A stretch of 64,000 nt of DNA from Chrysomallon squamiferum (lineage: Eukaryota > Animalia > Mollusca), in contig CM022675.1 of the NCBI GenBank assembly GCA_012295275.1, positions 13,330,001 through 13,394,000 of the forward strand. The letters run 5' to 3'. Shown here piece after piece: positions 25,541 to 58,286 of the stretch. Positions within the stretch are counted from its first letter, which is position 1. Every line of letters starts with the position of its first letter. The translations under genes and the position numbers were made by a program. Under the pieces are notes generated by a model. That model ran no database searches. It had not been told where the DNA came from and saw only the letters and a program-made list of their open reading frames with translations.

Positions 25541-26163
25541 GTGCCACGATATCATTTCAGCTGATCTAAACACAACAATGCCAAGGCACTGATTCAGACA
25601 ACATGAACTAAATGGTTACCAGGCAACACTTTTAAAAAGAATGAACCATAAACATGCCAAGAAATCAGTTCAAACATCTGAACTAAATGGTATCAAGTCA
25701 CTATTTCAGACAATGGAAGTGGCCCAGGCACAAATTCAAAACTACTGGAAACAAAATGAAGGGCACAATTTCAGAAATGCACAAATTAGTAAGTCTAGGC
25801 ACAATTTTTATAACTGACAACAAAGGCATCAGGAAAGGTCATCCTCTGAAAATGTCATAAAGTCTACGCTAGGCACAAAGTCTGGTTTAGGCACAAAGAC
25901 TAACCAGCTACATGGGTTAGGCACAAGTTCTATAAATAGATCTAAAACAAATCTGCTTCAGTCACAGGTGTAAATGACACAATAATCTGTTCTGGTAACA
26001 TATAACATGCTAACAGGTTCAGATAAAACAGGCTGAGGGTACTTAGTTACATGTAACAAGTAACACAATCTGATTGAGGCACAGTTACAAGTAACAGAAA
26101 CTGATTTAAGTTACAGCACAAACCAGTTCAGGAAGTTACACAAGACACTCACTGGATGAGCTA

Positions 26164-26199
<36 letters not shown>

Positions 26200-27931
26200 C
26201 CTGAAATAACATGAATTAAAAACAAAATAAATATAATTAAGAAATAATAAAATAAATAAAAAATAATAATAAAAAGTAACCAAAGTAACAGACAAAAATT
26301 AGGCACAACACAATTTATAATCATCTGAACAAAAAACCTGATTTTGGCACTAAAAAAATAAAATAAAAAACATGTCATTCAGGTCCTAAAAGCTATTTAC
26401 AAAACATTTTTAAAATTATTTATTTATAAAATGACAGGAAAAACAATTTTTCGACATGGTTGAAATGAATGGATGTTAATTAATAACAAATTTTTAAGTA
26501 CTTGGCTCTTTTAATATTAATAGTGTTTAGGTTTAGTCTGGGATTTGGGAAAATTTTAGACTATATTTTGTTTTCAGAGTTTTTTTTTTTTTTTTTTTTT
26601 TTCATCATGATTTCAAAATGTTCAGAAAATTAAGAAATATATGAAACAGTAAAACTAACTACAAAAAATTTTTTTTTACTAAATGCTAAACAAAATTTTC
26701 AAAATGTAGGTGGTATGATGGGTTTCGGTGGGAAAGTATCAATCAAAAAGGTATCAATCGGTGGGTACAACTGCTTTTCATACACAGAATATATTTTCAC
26801 ATGTTAAAAACAATTTGTCGGTGGGTAATGCTTTATGCTGTTAAAAAATAAAATATATCGGTGGGTTAGATGGTATGATATTGTAAAAAATTATGAATTA
26901 TGATGAGTAATGCAAAACGGCTTTCTTTAAAAAATAATAACAAAATTATAATTCAGCAAAAATTATAAAAAATATTTCAAAAAAATTGAAACTGTAAATG
27001 TTCTTTTTCTGTTAGGTTTTGCTATATTCTTGATAAACTGGATTGTGAGTTCAAGAACAAAAATGTTTAAAAATGATAGATATGAGATTCATTAGAGACT
27101 TTTTTTTGAATTAATAAAATCAGTCATAAAAGCCCAATAAAATGTATTAAAAATTGATATAAATGATGAATTGACAAATAAAAAATGCAAAATGTTTATG
27201 TTGAGATTAATTTGCCTCTTTATAATCTTCCTAAAAAAAAAAAAATTATTTTAATATTTATTAATACAAAGAAAATATTAATTTTACAAAATGAATAAAT
27301 TATAGAAATGCAAAACCTTTTTTAAAATAGTCTCAAAAAAAAAAGAAGAAATCACAGTCCAGAATTTGTTGTTATTATTTTTTTTTTAAACATTACTTAG
27401 TTACTTACTGCGATGAAAACTAAAAAAGATTTTGAAAATTTTATAGCAAAATAAAACAACTGCATAATTATATAGATATAAAAATCATTTTCAGAATGAT
27501 AAAAAAATGATCTTCATAGTTGGATGCCTCTAAAACACTACAAAAATAACAAGAACTTTCTGCAGTATGGATGCAAAAAAAAGCATACTTAAAAATATAA
27601 AATTCCCTTTGTGACCAGTTTGCATATTACATGAACACATGTCTAATTTGCATAACAAGCCCAACCTACAGCTGAACACATGATGATATGGAAACTCAGC
27701 TTAAAACACAAACCTTACGAAAAATAATTTTTGCATTATTATGCATAATATCAACTCAGAGAGAATTTTGTTTTCTTTTTTTCAGAAAGATACAAAATAT
27801 TCGATGAAATTCAACCTTCTTAGGTTTTTTTTTAAGTAACTGATTGAATTTATGAACACATACAAAACATTTACTCAAACCGGATGCTGTATCAAGTGAA
27901 AATCATTCATCCATGACATGGGTGTGGCTGT

Positions 27932-32724
<4,793 letters not shown>

Positions 32725-32725
<1 letters not shown>

Positions 32726-32751
32726 CACGGTAAGGTCCAAGTGGCAGCCAT
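32725..32751 (-). other. Upstream [11 protein letters not shown] overlapping the CDK4/6 start codon
   Basis: aaaATGGCTGCCACTTGGACCTTACCG-TGA-TG: stop at 32727-32725 shares one base with the main ATG at 32725-32723; it lies inside the exon whose acceptor is at 32776. Confidence 0.65.
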
Positions 32752-33682
32752 TTTGTTAACCAAATCTAAGGCAATCTGAAATAACATTCATGTAGAAAGT
32801 AATGATAATAACACAAGCAATACTGTTAACTAAAATAAACAATAAAAGGTGATAAACAATAAAATGTATGAAATAAATAAATAAATAAATAAATAAATAT
32901 AAGAGTAAATAAATAAAAAGAAATAAGAAGTTTTCTATGAAACTGGGAAATATTTAGCAAGAAATAAAAGCTTGTGTAAGAATACATTATATTTTTCTGT
33001 GGCTATCCCTTGTTTAAACAGTTTCATTTTGCAAGATACTTAATTAAAGTGGCAATGCTAATTGCAGTTATCACATGCAAAAAGTTTAATTAACACACAG
33101 TCAAATTTCCTGCATGAAAGCAAACAAATGTAAGCAGACCTGAGAGCAAACATTCAAACTCAGCTGTAATAAAACTTTTGAAAACAAACTCCAAAATGTT
33201 CTGAAAACTGTACTCCTAAAAACATATACGAAGAGACAAACTAATTTGCCACAATTTAGAAAAACAGGCTGTATGCTACCAAAGAATTTAATAAAAGAAA
33301 AAAAGCTAAAATTATTCAAAACTATTAATTAAAAGTGCATGGACATTGTTGAAACTACAACTTTGCATTTAACAAGTATTTTAGTATATACTACACAAGA
33401 TAAATATATTAGGTCTATTTTAGGAAGCTGAAATTATTTTGAGTCACTATTCAATCAAGGATCAATTATAGTTTTTATTATTCATTATTATATTTGATTA
33501 ATGCTGTTTTGATATGCGTAGTAGTATTGATGGATTAATTATGTCAATGAAGGGATATACATATAAATAATTATGTGTAGGCATTTGTCCACTGTATACA
33601 TGTGATTATATGATATTTATATATTTGTTTCTCAGAATGTATATGTCTGTCTTTTTCTCTTTGTTTATATATGTGAATGTGT

Positions 33683-33743
<61 letters not shown>

Positions 33744-33923
33744 CCAAGCAGACACAACACATTGAGTGTGCACCTGTATGCATACACCAATGTCTGTATG
33801 GGTGTGTGTATCTATGAATCACTGGATATTTTATAAACACTGATTCATGTAATAGAGATACACATTCATGCACAAACATGTGCATACAAACAAAAACGAA
33901 GATAAAAACGAAGATAAAAACAT

Positions 33924-33966
<43 letters not shown>

Positions 33967-34332
33967 TATATACAAACATACCTATATACTTACACACACA
34001 CACAAGACGTTTATCAAATGAACTTTCCTACAAGAACAACAGTCATTTTTTTTTTATTTTTTTTTTTTCCTTTCGTTACATAAATTTATCTCTGAAAACA
34101 TGGTGGGGGGTGTAAGCTGTGTCTGCTGTTTTCTGTATCTCTGACAGAGGTGGGTTAGAGGCTGAGGAGGGTCAACTGCATTTTAAACATTCTGCTGAGT
34201 TTGATAAATTTCTCAGAAAAGAGTTTGAATGGCAGTAAAATATACATATGAAAATAAATGCATGTTGTGTGTTTGTATATGTGTATCACTGTATGTGTGG
34301 AGATGGGTATATGCAAGATGGTTGTATGCATG

Positions 34333-34381
<49 letters not shown>

Positions 34382-34831
34382 CTACTACTTATTATGCTTT
34401 TGCTAAGTTAAAGGCTTGCTAATGCCAATATGTATAATACAAAAATACATCTGTAAAGTGTATAAAATGGACAGATATCAAAACATTAAACAGTTTTCCA
34501 TTTGTAATATATTTGACATTACTAAAATCTTATTCATCAGACATACATATTTATAACATAAGTACATTCCATAAGCTATTAATCTTTCAAGTTGTCGTGA
34601 TTAAATCTTATTTCTTACTAAATTCCGCTTCGTTGAACAAAGCACCACGTACTATTACTTCAAATTACAACGTGTTATCTGTTCAAATTCAACGTTATTA
34701 ATCGGAAAGGATAAGTTTAAATTAATACTTTTTTAAACACGAAATAAACCAGGTCGCAGTATTTATGTGGAAACATTTCCACGTAGTTGGATAGTGAGTG
34801 ATCATCATCCACAACGTGTGCACGTACTTAC

Positions 34832-35090
34832 AGTTACAACGTCAACGCAGACTTTTGTTTGTTGAATACCATAAAACTCGTTTGCTCATTCACAGAAATA
34901 ATTAGAATACAAATATCTCCACTTTACACACTAAATAGATGTTAGAATCCAGAAAGCAGTATATGATCCTTAAAAGTCGAGTGATCAAGCGAGTTACAGA
35001 TATCCAACTTCTTTCTTTAACCGAATAATCACTCGGCCTTGATAAAACACTTGTATGCAAATCTGAATGAATGAAATGCCAACCCGAACA
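34832..35090 (-). other. Probable non-coding first exon of CDK4/6
   Basis: Strong minus-strand donor GTAAGT at 34831-34826. The ATG-containing exon has its own acceptor (TTTCAG at 32776), so an upstream exon is needed. CpG-richer sequence; 5' boundary is approximate. Confidence 0.5.
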
Positions 35091-35099
35091 TCAAAGGAA

Positions 35100-35332
35100 T
35101 GATTTAGCGGGAGATATTGTTCAATCAAACGGCTTAGATGACGTAGAGGAATCAGTCGAAGCACTACATACATGACTACAACACAACCTTATGCATAAAG
35201 AACGCTAAAAGTAAATTACCTTATAAAAGTCGAACATTTAACAACTTTTTTTCGTCCAAGTTGACGGCGAGCGCATTGCTATTTGTTGATCACGTGATCA
35301 ACTTCCGCTCACTGCTCGAAGTTGATTGGTCA
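35100..35332. promoter_or_regulatory. Candidate CDK4/6 promoter cluster (E2F-like, CRE-like, palindromic E-box, ETS, CCAAT)
   Basis: tttagcgggaga ~35103-35114; tgacgt ~35139; gttgatCACGTGatcaac 35285-35302; acttccg 35301-35307; gattggt ~35324. Confidence 0.55.
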
Positions 35333-35653
35333 GAGAGGAAATGTGCAAGAATGCAAGGTAGCTATTTGAGCGTAAAGGTCAACCAGTGATAAAATTAAAA
35401 ATTTGATAAACCCGATAATGATATAAACCCGATATTGTAATGCAGTATAAACATCAATAAACAAATGTAGTGACCTTTCTATATTATATAAATAAAAGAG
35501 AGATAATCTGTTTGAAAAAGAAAACATTTTTCGACTTCTTTCTTTCTTTGTTATACGTGTGTTAATACGTTATTAATTACATAACAAAACAAAAAATAAA
35601 TAAAATATATATATTTATCACTCACGAAATAAATAAGTTTAATAAATAATAAT

Positions 35654-35701
<48 letters not shown>

Positions 35702-35959
35702 CAATAATAACACTAACAACAACAATACGTAAAACTATTGTCAGTAATCCTAATCACTTTTTACTAGTTTAATTTTTACTTTTATTTATTTATTTATTTA
35801 TTTATTTTAACTATTATTTACTTAACTTACTTTTTAAAACTGTTATTCTATTTATTTATTTTTCTATAATTGTAATACATACATACATACGTACATATAT
35901 ATATATATATATATATGTACGTATGTATGTATCTGTGATTATAAAGACAATCATACGTA

Positions 35960-36018
<59 letters not shown>

Positions 36019-36145
36019 CGTACTCAAGTTACAGTTATAAAAATATGTCATGCGCAGACACAATGACCTACAAAAGATATAGACACAGACAGAAGGACTG
36101 ACTGACAGAAAGGCACCATCCTTGCGATGACTTTCATTCTTAATA

Positions 36146-36191
<46 letters not shown>

Positions 36192-36501
36192 TAATAATAA
36201 TAATAAAATGAATGTGTTTTTCAGTTTTATACATTTTGCTGCGTCATTATCATCACCTTTTATTATTATTATTATTAATTAATTTTTTTTCGGAAGTGAT
36301 CCAGTTCTAAATATATAATCACGTGACTCATTAATTTATAACAATCTTATTATTTATATTTTCACTCGACTGAGACCAAACTGACAACCTTTTCTTTCTT
36401 TTCTTTTTTCTTTTTTTAAAAGATAACTAGAATGATAATAATTTAAATGTTGATTAATGAAATAAATTTAATAATAATAATTAGAGGCTGCGTCAATAAT
36501 A

Positions 36502-36559
<58 letters not shown>

Positions 36560-37439
36560 AGTAATTACAGCAACAACACCAATTCCACATCCAACAAGAA
36601 CAATAATAATCATGATGATGGTGATGATGATGATGATGATAGTAATAATAAAGAAATTAACTTAATATTCTGCACTGCTCTAAAACTGTTCAAGGAAGGA
36701 AGAAATAATTTGTATAACGGAACATGTAATCGATTTAATTTAATCTAGGATTACAAGGCGTCAAACATAACGAGAGGATAAAACCTACTGACACTATGCA
36801 ATTACATCACTTATTTCGATTTAATATTTCAGTAAATAAAATTAGTAAAATAAATAAATAAATAAAAAGAAGAAAGAGAGTGTTTGAGTGTTTGTGTGTT
36901 TGTGTGTGTGAAGGTTTCTTATATAAACGTTCTATAAGACATAAAAGCTAATCCAAGATATTTGATACCCAAATCATGCAGCAACAGTTAGATCGGGAAT
37001 TAATGAAACATGAACGCATTTACTTACTTATCTCTGTTACCAAACTTGAGAGTAAATGAATAAATAAATTATGGAACACATTAAACCGTTTTTATTGCAC
37101 ATAAATATTTAAATCGCGAGTTAGGTTTTTTATAATTCATAATATCAGTTTCTATTACGTACGAAATTAGACAAGTACTAAACATTCATTAACTATATAC
37201 ATTTTTATACGTATAACTTTATTTTATTATTTTACCTTTTTATAATTTAAAGGTGCTGTGCATCTTATTTGTATTATGTTCAAGCATTATGTGTTCATAA
37301 TTTATATGTGTACGTGTGTATATATTTGATTTTGTATTTTTGTGTTTATATATGTACCCAGTGACACTAGAATCGGTCCACGATTTACACAGTACATCAC
37401 AATTTTAAATTATAAAAAAATGGCGACGCTCAAGACTCC

Positions 37440-37491
<52 letters not shown>

Positions 37492-37610
37492 TAAATAAAT
37501 AAAAAAAATGTTTATATGTGTGTACGTACGTTTGTGGGACTTCTTCACTTTCTAGATGTTTAAGTGTAATTATTATTTTAATTCGGATTAAATAGCTGAT
37601 CATTGTCTCG

Positions 37611-37692
<82 letters not shown>

Positions 37693-37913
37693 TAACACGG
37701 TGGTCATTTGCATAGCCTACATGATAAAAGAATAAAGTAAACCATAACTTTTAAGCTTTTCATGTTCTTTGTTTTCAACACCTGTTATATTTTCTTTGAC
37801 ATTATTTATATTTTAAAATAATTTGTGGTATACACATGATTCATATAAGTAAAATTTTGATATTTAACAAGTATAAATTATTGAGCCATTTATCGGATAT
37901 GTGATGGTTGCTT

Positions 37914-38155
37914 GCGCCCTCTATAGGTGATCCTAAACGGAAGGGCACGTAATAGAAAGACATTCTCGTAAAGTTTTGATTGCTCGGCATAAGAATTTAT
38001 TGAAAATCGTCAAAATATGTTAAAGCGTGATCTTTAATAAGATTACGAGCAATAGTGTAAGTTTCTTATATTCCTTTTCCCTAGGAGATATATTTTGTTA
38101 TTTTCTTATGGTGACTCGTCGCATATTTCCCTTTTCGTTTCGTGTCCGCCATCTT
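37914..38155 (+). promoter_or_regulatory. Candidate CUL1 promoter / first non-coding exon region
   Basis: CTCF-like gcgccctctatagg 37914-37927; cggaag ~37938; donor GTAAGT at 38057; YY1-like ccgccatctt 38146-38155; locally CpG-rich. Confidence 0.5.
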
Positions 38156-39136
38156 TGTTTGTTTGGCATAGGAAGGCTTTTTTTGGCGAGTGATGAAACT
38201 TAGCATTAATTTCTGTCATATTTGTCTGAAGAATGATCGGATGTAACATATTCATTTCTTAGATAAAAATTAAAACTCTGATAAAACAATTTAGATATAT
38301 TTTACCTCAAATTTAGTCATTGTTAATGAACACGATTACATGGCTAAATAATCATTAATGATAATCGTTAATAATTAATGTCATTGTTAAGATCACATAC
38401 ATATTATTGACAAATGGATTCCTATATTACATGTAGCGTATTTTTAAAGGCATACATGTTCAGAACTTCGTTTTTAAAAATACAAAACTGAATCGTAGCT
38501 AAGCAGTTTGATCCTCCCTGAGACAGTTACTCACTGGTTTAACAAGTTGCAAGAGACAACACATTTCACTCCATTAAAACGACTTGACTTAGACGTTTTA
38601 TATACAGATTTGTATAATATACTGATTAGTTCTATGAACATGTTGTTATGCGTAAAGTAAATGGAAACAAATTTAGCATGTTACTGCTAAAACTATCTAA
38701 AATTCAAAAATTAATGTGTTAAAAATACCTAACACTGTTAATTACAAGCGAAGCAACTGATTTCAGTTTATTTTGTCCAAAATGATGATAAAAGATAGGT
38801 GTATCAGTGTGATTTAGATCCCAGTTTTGCCCAGTTCTTTTATTTTGTATTTTATGCATAATGTACAGTAATACACATCACTAGTAATGTTGTTTTGGTA
38901 TTTACATTTAGTCCAGCATCATATCACATATTTTCAGAACATAATTTTTTTTTTTTTTAGGTGACTGCTGTTTCATCAGAGGATGGATATAGCTAAGACT
39001 GAAGGTCGAGCTCTATATTGTATTTTTCGCCTCCTGTCAGCAAGTTTTGATGTGTGAGCTGTTTTCACAGCGACTTTGTGTTGACTGAGGACTTTGGTGG
39101 TTTGCATTCCTTTCTTTTGTAATTTCATCAGCTGTG

Positions 39137-53217
<14,081 letters not shown>

Positions 53218-53500
53218 GTCAGCTTTGTCAAATCTAGAACTCTGAAGTTGTATTTTGTTGATCAAACCTGCACTTTAGTCATGAGAGCAGTAAAAAAAAA
53301 AAAAAATTACAAAAAAAAAAAAAAAAAAAAGAAATAAAGATGACAGCGTTTAGCCATGGACTCAGTCTGAATGGGTTTTTTGTCACTGTTGAAACCAGAT
53401 TCTAACCTGTATGTAAATGTTTTTAATGCACCCGTTACTCAGTCTTTTGTAGGTGTGGATGTTCATTTATTATAATAACTTTTTTAAAAACATTTTCATG

Positions 53501-53548
<48 letters not shown>

Positions 53549-53788
53549 GGTTTATTTTATATTAACTGTTTGTAGAGAAAACCCATCCCCACCTTGCCCA
53601 TACTGCCTCTTCCACTCACTTATGTTGGCTGGCCAAAATGTTTCAGAAATGTAATTTTTTCTTCTTCTGTTGGTCTGTCTGTCTGTGTTGTGGTGGAAAG
53701 CAAGAGAGGTAATTAGAGTGTATGTTGAATTATGGGAATATGTTGTCATGGCTACAGCATTTTAATTGGAATAATAGTTGAAGTTAAT

Positions 53789-53821
<33 letters not shown>

Positions 53822-54753
53822 CTTTTTTTTTATCCTATGAAATTTGCACAAGTTAATTAAATTGGTAATGTCTGAAGTTTTGCCTTCATTTTAATTTTTT
53901 CTTCTTTTTTTGACAGGAAGGTTGAGAGAAAGTAATTTGTGGTTTGACTAATGTTATTTTATTATTTTAAAAAAAGAAAAAGAAAAGAACAGATGATCAC
54001 TCAAATGCTGGTGTTTGCACTAGTTAATTAACAAACTTATAATGAATCCTTTTGGAGAGGAGAAATGTAATTTATATTTTATTTTATTTCTTGGAAGCTG
54101 GATTAGCAATGGATCATAGCTGCATCACTTTTGGAAACTAGCCATATTTATTACTGGCTAATGGATTATCATAGTGTGGATTAGAGGGTTATTTTTTTTT
54201 TTGTGGGGAGGGAATTAGCTAACTCATTGAGGTTAGTCTTTAAAAGGATTAGGTCTAGGATTTATGAACTAATTTGGTGGAAGTTTAGCTGTGGTTGAAA
54301 AAAAAAATGTTGATTAGAAACACTGATTGAAAATTTTGTGTAAATATAAATTTATATCGGTGTTTTTAAAAGGTTTATAGTACTTAATGACACTGAGGTT
54401 TTTGACTTACACATAACGGAATAAGATATAACTGAAAAAGCAAATTGAGAATAAGTTTTGAAACTTGTTTCTTATGTTCAAAATACATTTTTAACTGGGT
54501 TCAGCCATGTAAAATACAGAGTCAGAAAAAGACGTTAAATTATTTAACATGTTTCTTTTTTATCTTGAACAATTCTTACTTTCTGCTTCGAAATTTTTAC
54601 TATTTTTATTTTTCTAGTTTTGTCCTGACTTGTGCCTACATCTGTTCTCATTTTCATTTGTAATAGAACCTTTTATTTATTTATTTTGTTTTTTTTGTTT
54701 GTTTTCTTTTTCTTCAAAAATTTCTATAGCATGGTAAATACTGTTTCTCATCA

Positions 54754-54785
<32 letters not shown>

Positions 54786-55763
54786 TAAAATTAAAAAGCA
54801 AAATTATTATTATTATTTAAAATTAAAAAGCTAAAACTTACCTTAATTATAATAATTATAAAACTTAGCATGATGTAAATAATCTGCCCCCCACAGATCT
54901 CTTAGTTGGGTTATCATTGGAAATTAATTTTATTATTAGATTAATAAACAGTAGCAGTGTCTCTCATTTATTTATATTTTTCAAGGGATGACATTTCTTC
55001 ATCAGTAGGTAAAGGAAGATAAATACATTAATAAAGAGCCTGGAAATAATTAATTATAAAATTTTAACCTGTAATAGGCTACAGGTGACAACCATACATA
55101 AAAGGTTATTGGCAAAAACTAAATGTTGATGGGAGATACAGAAGGGTAAGGGAGACTACTCATCTAAGGCTTCTGAGTCTTATCTGTTATTAGGCTTTGA
55201 AACAAATATTTTTCTCATTCAAAAATGATATGTAACATAAAGTTACCACTTTCAGAAAACAAGGATGATAGAAACATTCTAATGTAGAGTATAAAGTTAT
55301 AATATTTATATAAGTTACCAGTTGGTTTAATAGTGGAATTTAATTTTAACAACTATACACAAACAAGTGTTGAGAACTACATATTTGAGTTAATAGCTGG
55401 GAATTAAAAAGTTCTAAAAAATAATAATATAATAAATACTTAATGAAAAAGTAAAAGAATTGCAGAAATCTAAAATCTATATTAGGTTTATAAAAATGGT
55501 GGGAAAAGATTATTATTGTCTATCACTTTTTTTTTCTTAGCTAATTTTTATTCTTACTAAAAGTTGCTGGTTCACAAACAAACAATTTGTTGTATTTTTT
55601 AGGTTTTTTTTTTGTTCTGTTTTGGATTTCTGTTTTCTTCATCTATAAAATTCTGGTGGTGGTTTTACATTGTGTTTTTTCTCCAGTGTGTTACTTCAGA
55701 GAATACATTTGTGTGTGTGTGTGTGTGTGTGTTTGTGTGTGTGTGACTGCGCATGCCTGCATG

Positions 55764-55816
<53 letters not shown>

Positions 55817-56877
55817 ATGTTGGTGCAAGTTTGTGGAATCTCTTTTTTACATTTTGTATTTATGTATCATTATGTATGTAATGCACATGCATGCAGTCAT
55901 TATGTTTGAGAAAACATTCACGTTGTAACTTAGACTGCAAGGCACCAGACTGTCTTGTATATATAATAATATTTTTCTGTAACCAAGGCCTGATTTTTTT
56001 CCATTAGAAAAATTTAAAATTGTAATTTCTTCCAGAAAAATCAAATAGGGCAGAGCATTCCATAACTGTCTCAAATTGTAATTTATTTCTCCACAAATCC
56101 ATGGATTAAATAGTTTGCTAAGATATTTAAAACTTTGTTAAGATTCAAAAATACAATGTTTCTGTATCTTCATTAAAAAAATAAATTTACATTTTTTTTT
56201 ACTCACCCATTTTTTTTTTTTTTTTCCTCTTTGTGTAAAATGATTACTCACAACCATTTTGTTAATCCGAATGTTTTTAATTTGATCTAAAAAATGAAAT
56301 GTTTTCCTTTAAATTACAAATTAAAAAATTAATTTGTCTTTTGCTTTTACGTGTGAGTGTGTGTGTGTCTGTCAGTTTGTCTTGGTAAGGTTTGCATATG
56401 TCTGTTTTAACAGTTTTACTGGCACCAAATAACAAACATAATCTAACAACAAAAAATTGGTTTGACAATTTTGAAAATAACTGTAAAAGCTTTCTAACCA
56501 ATCAGAAATCAGATTTGAGTCATGTGATACATTGTTGTTTTTTCTCTCCTTGACAAATGGTTGCTTCAAAACTTGAGATTGTCACTAGGTTTAGCAAACA
56601 GCTTAACAAGTTTCACTAAGCAAATATTCCTTTTCACACATACCCTTCAGAATGTTTTGTTGTGTAGAAGGTTGTAGGTAATTATTTATGTTTTTGTTAC
56701 ACCCTAGATCACTATGGCTACACATTTATAGTTTATTTTTATTTTATTTATTAAAATTTTTTTTTTGTTTATTTTTTTTTTTTACTTCAAAGCCGTTAAG
56801 TTTTCAAGTCACAGCAGCTCAGAAAAATACATCCCACCAATAAAAGATCATGTTGATCTTCATTTCTTTTCTATCGC

Positions 56878-56932
<55 letters not shown>

Positions 56933-56974
56933 GTTTTTGCTTTTGGTTTAATTACTGTTTAGATTATTTTTATT

Positions 56975-57019
<45 letters not shown>

Positions 57020-57149
57020 ATCTATTTTTAACTTGTAAATAGTGTAAATAGTAAGACAAGAACCTGACAAAAATTTACATTTGTAAACTATTTTCATCTG
57101 TTGTTGGAATATTTTAAAACTCATACTTTTCTCTTGAGAGTGGCATTTG

Positions 57150-57180
<31 letters not shown>

Positions 57181-57535
57181 GTAACTTCTCATGTGAAAAG
57201 GTTAAGAAAAATAACAAAAAATATTGTTGAGGGATGTATGCTATTTATTTTTTTTTTTTTTTTTTTTTCTCATGTGTTTGTGATTTTGTTTAACAGTTAG
57301 AGGCGGATATTTGTTCATAAATAAATATTAAAAAATAAAGAAAAAAAATAGATTTGTATTATAAGGGGGTGCATTTAATTTTATTATATTTTATTTTATT
57401 TTATTTTTTATTTTTTATTTTTTTTTTTTTTTTTTTTTTTATTTTTGGAAAGAATACCAGTTGTATTCAGATAGTCCTAGCGAATATTTCTTGTATTTCA
57501 GCAGTTTTATGTTTTCATATTGTTTAAAAATAATT

Positions 57536-57576
<41 letters not shown>

Positions 57577-57975
57577 GAACAGCAAAGAAATGTTTTCAAA
57601 TAATCTGATTGTGTTACTTTTTATTTTTTAATTTTTTTTTTTATTTACTGCTTAATTTTATAAACCTTAATTATTGAATTTATTATTATTAATATTTTTT
57701 ATTATTATTATTATTATTATATCTCTTCAAACGAAAAACATGAACCAAGCTTATTTTTTCGCGACTGAATGAAATTAACTTTAAAATTTCCACCAACAAC
57801 CTTTTTCTTTTGTTTGTATGATAATTCATCTTCACATGTTTTAGCTTTCATTGGCTAAATGATGTTACTAAATAATAAAATAAGATTTGAAAGTACTGTA
57901 CTTTGATACTTTTAACGTTTATGTTGAATTATTTATTTATTTGTTTGTATGTTTGTGTCTTGTTGTATTTAGTAT

Positions 57976-58060
<85 letters not shown>

Positions 58061-58182
58061 TGCCAGATCCTTTCAGGTTTATAAAAAGTTTGTAAAATGT
58101 AGATGAACCTTTATGTAAAAGCAAAATTGATGATGTTGGCATTTATCACTTAGTTTGTCGTTTATTCGTTTATTTATTTATT

Positions 58183-58286
<104 letters not shown>

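Noticed and set aside
38190-38281. Possible C/D box snoRNA (GTGATGA ... CTGA) in CUL1 intron 1
   Set aside because: No terminal stem and no recognisable rRNA guide; such boxes arise by chance in AT-rich DNA.
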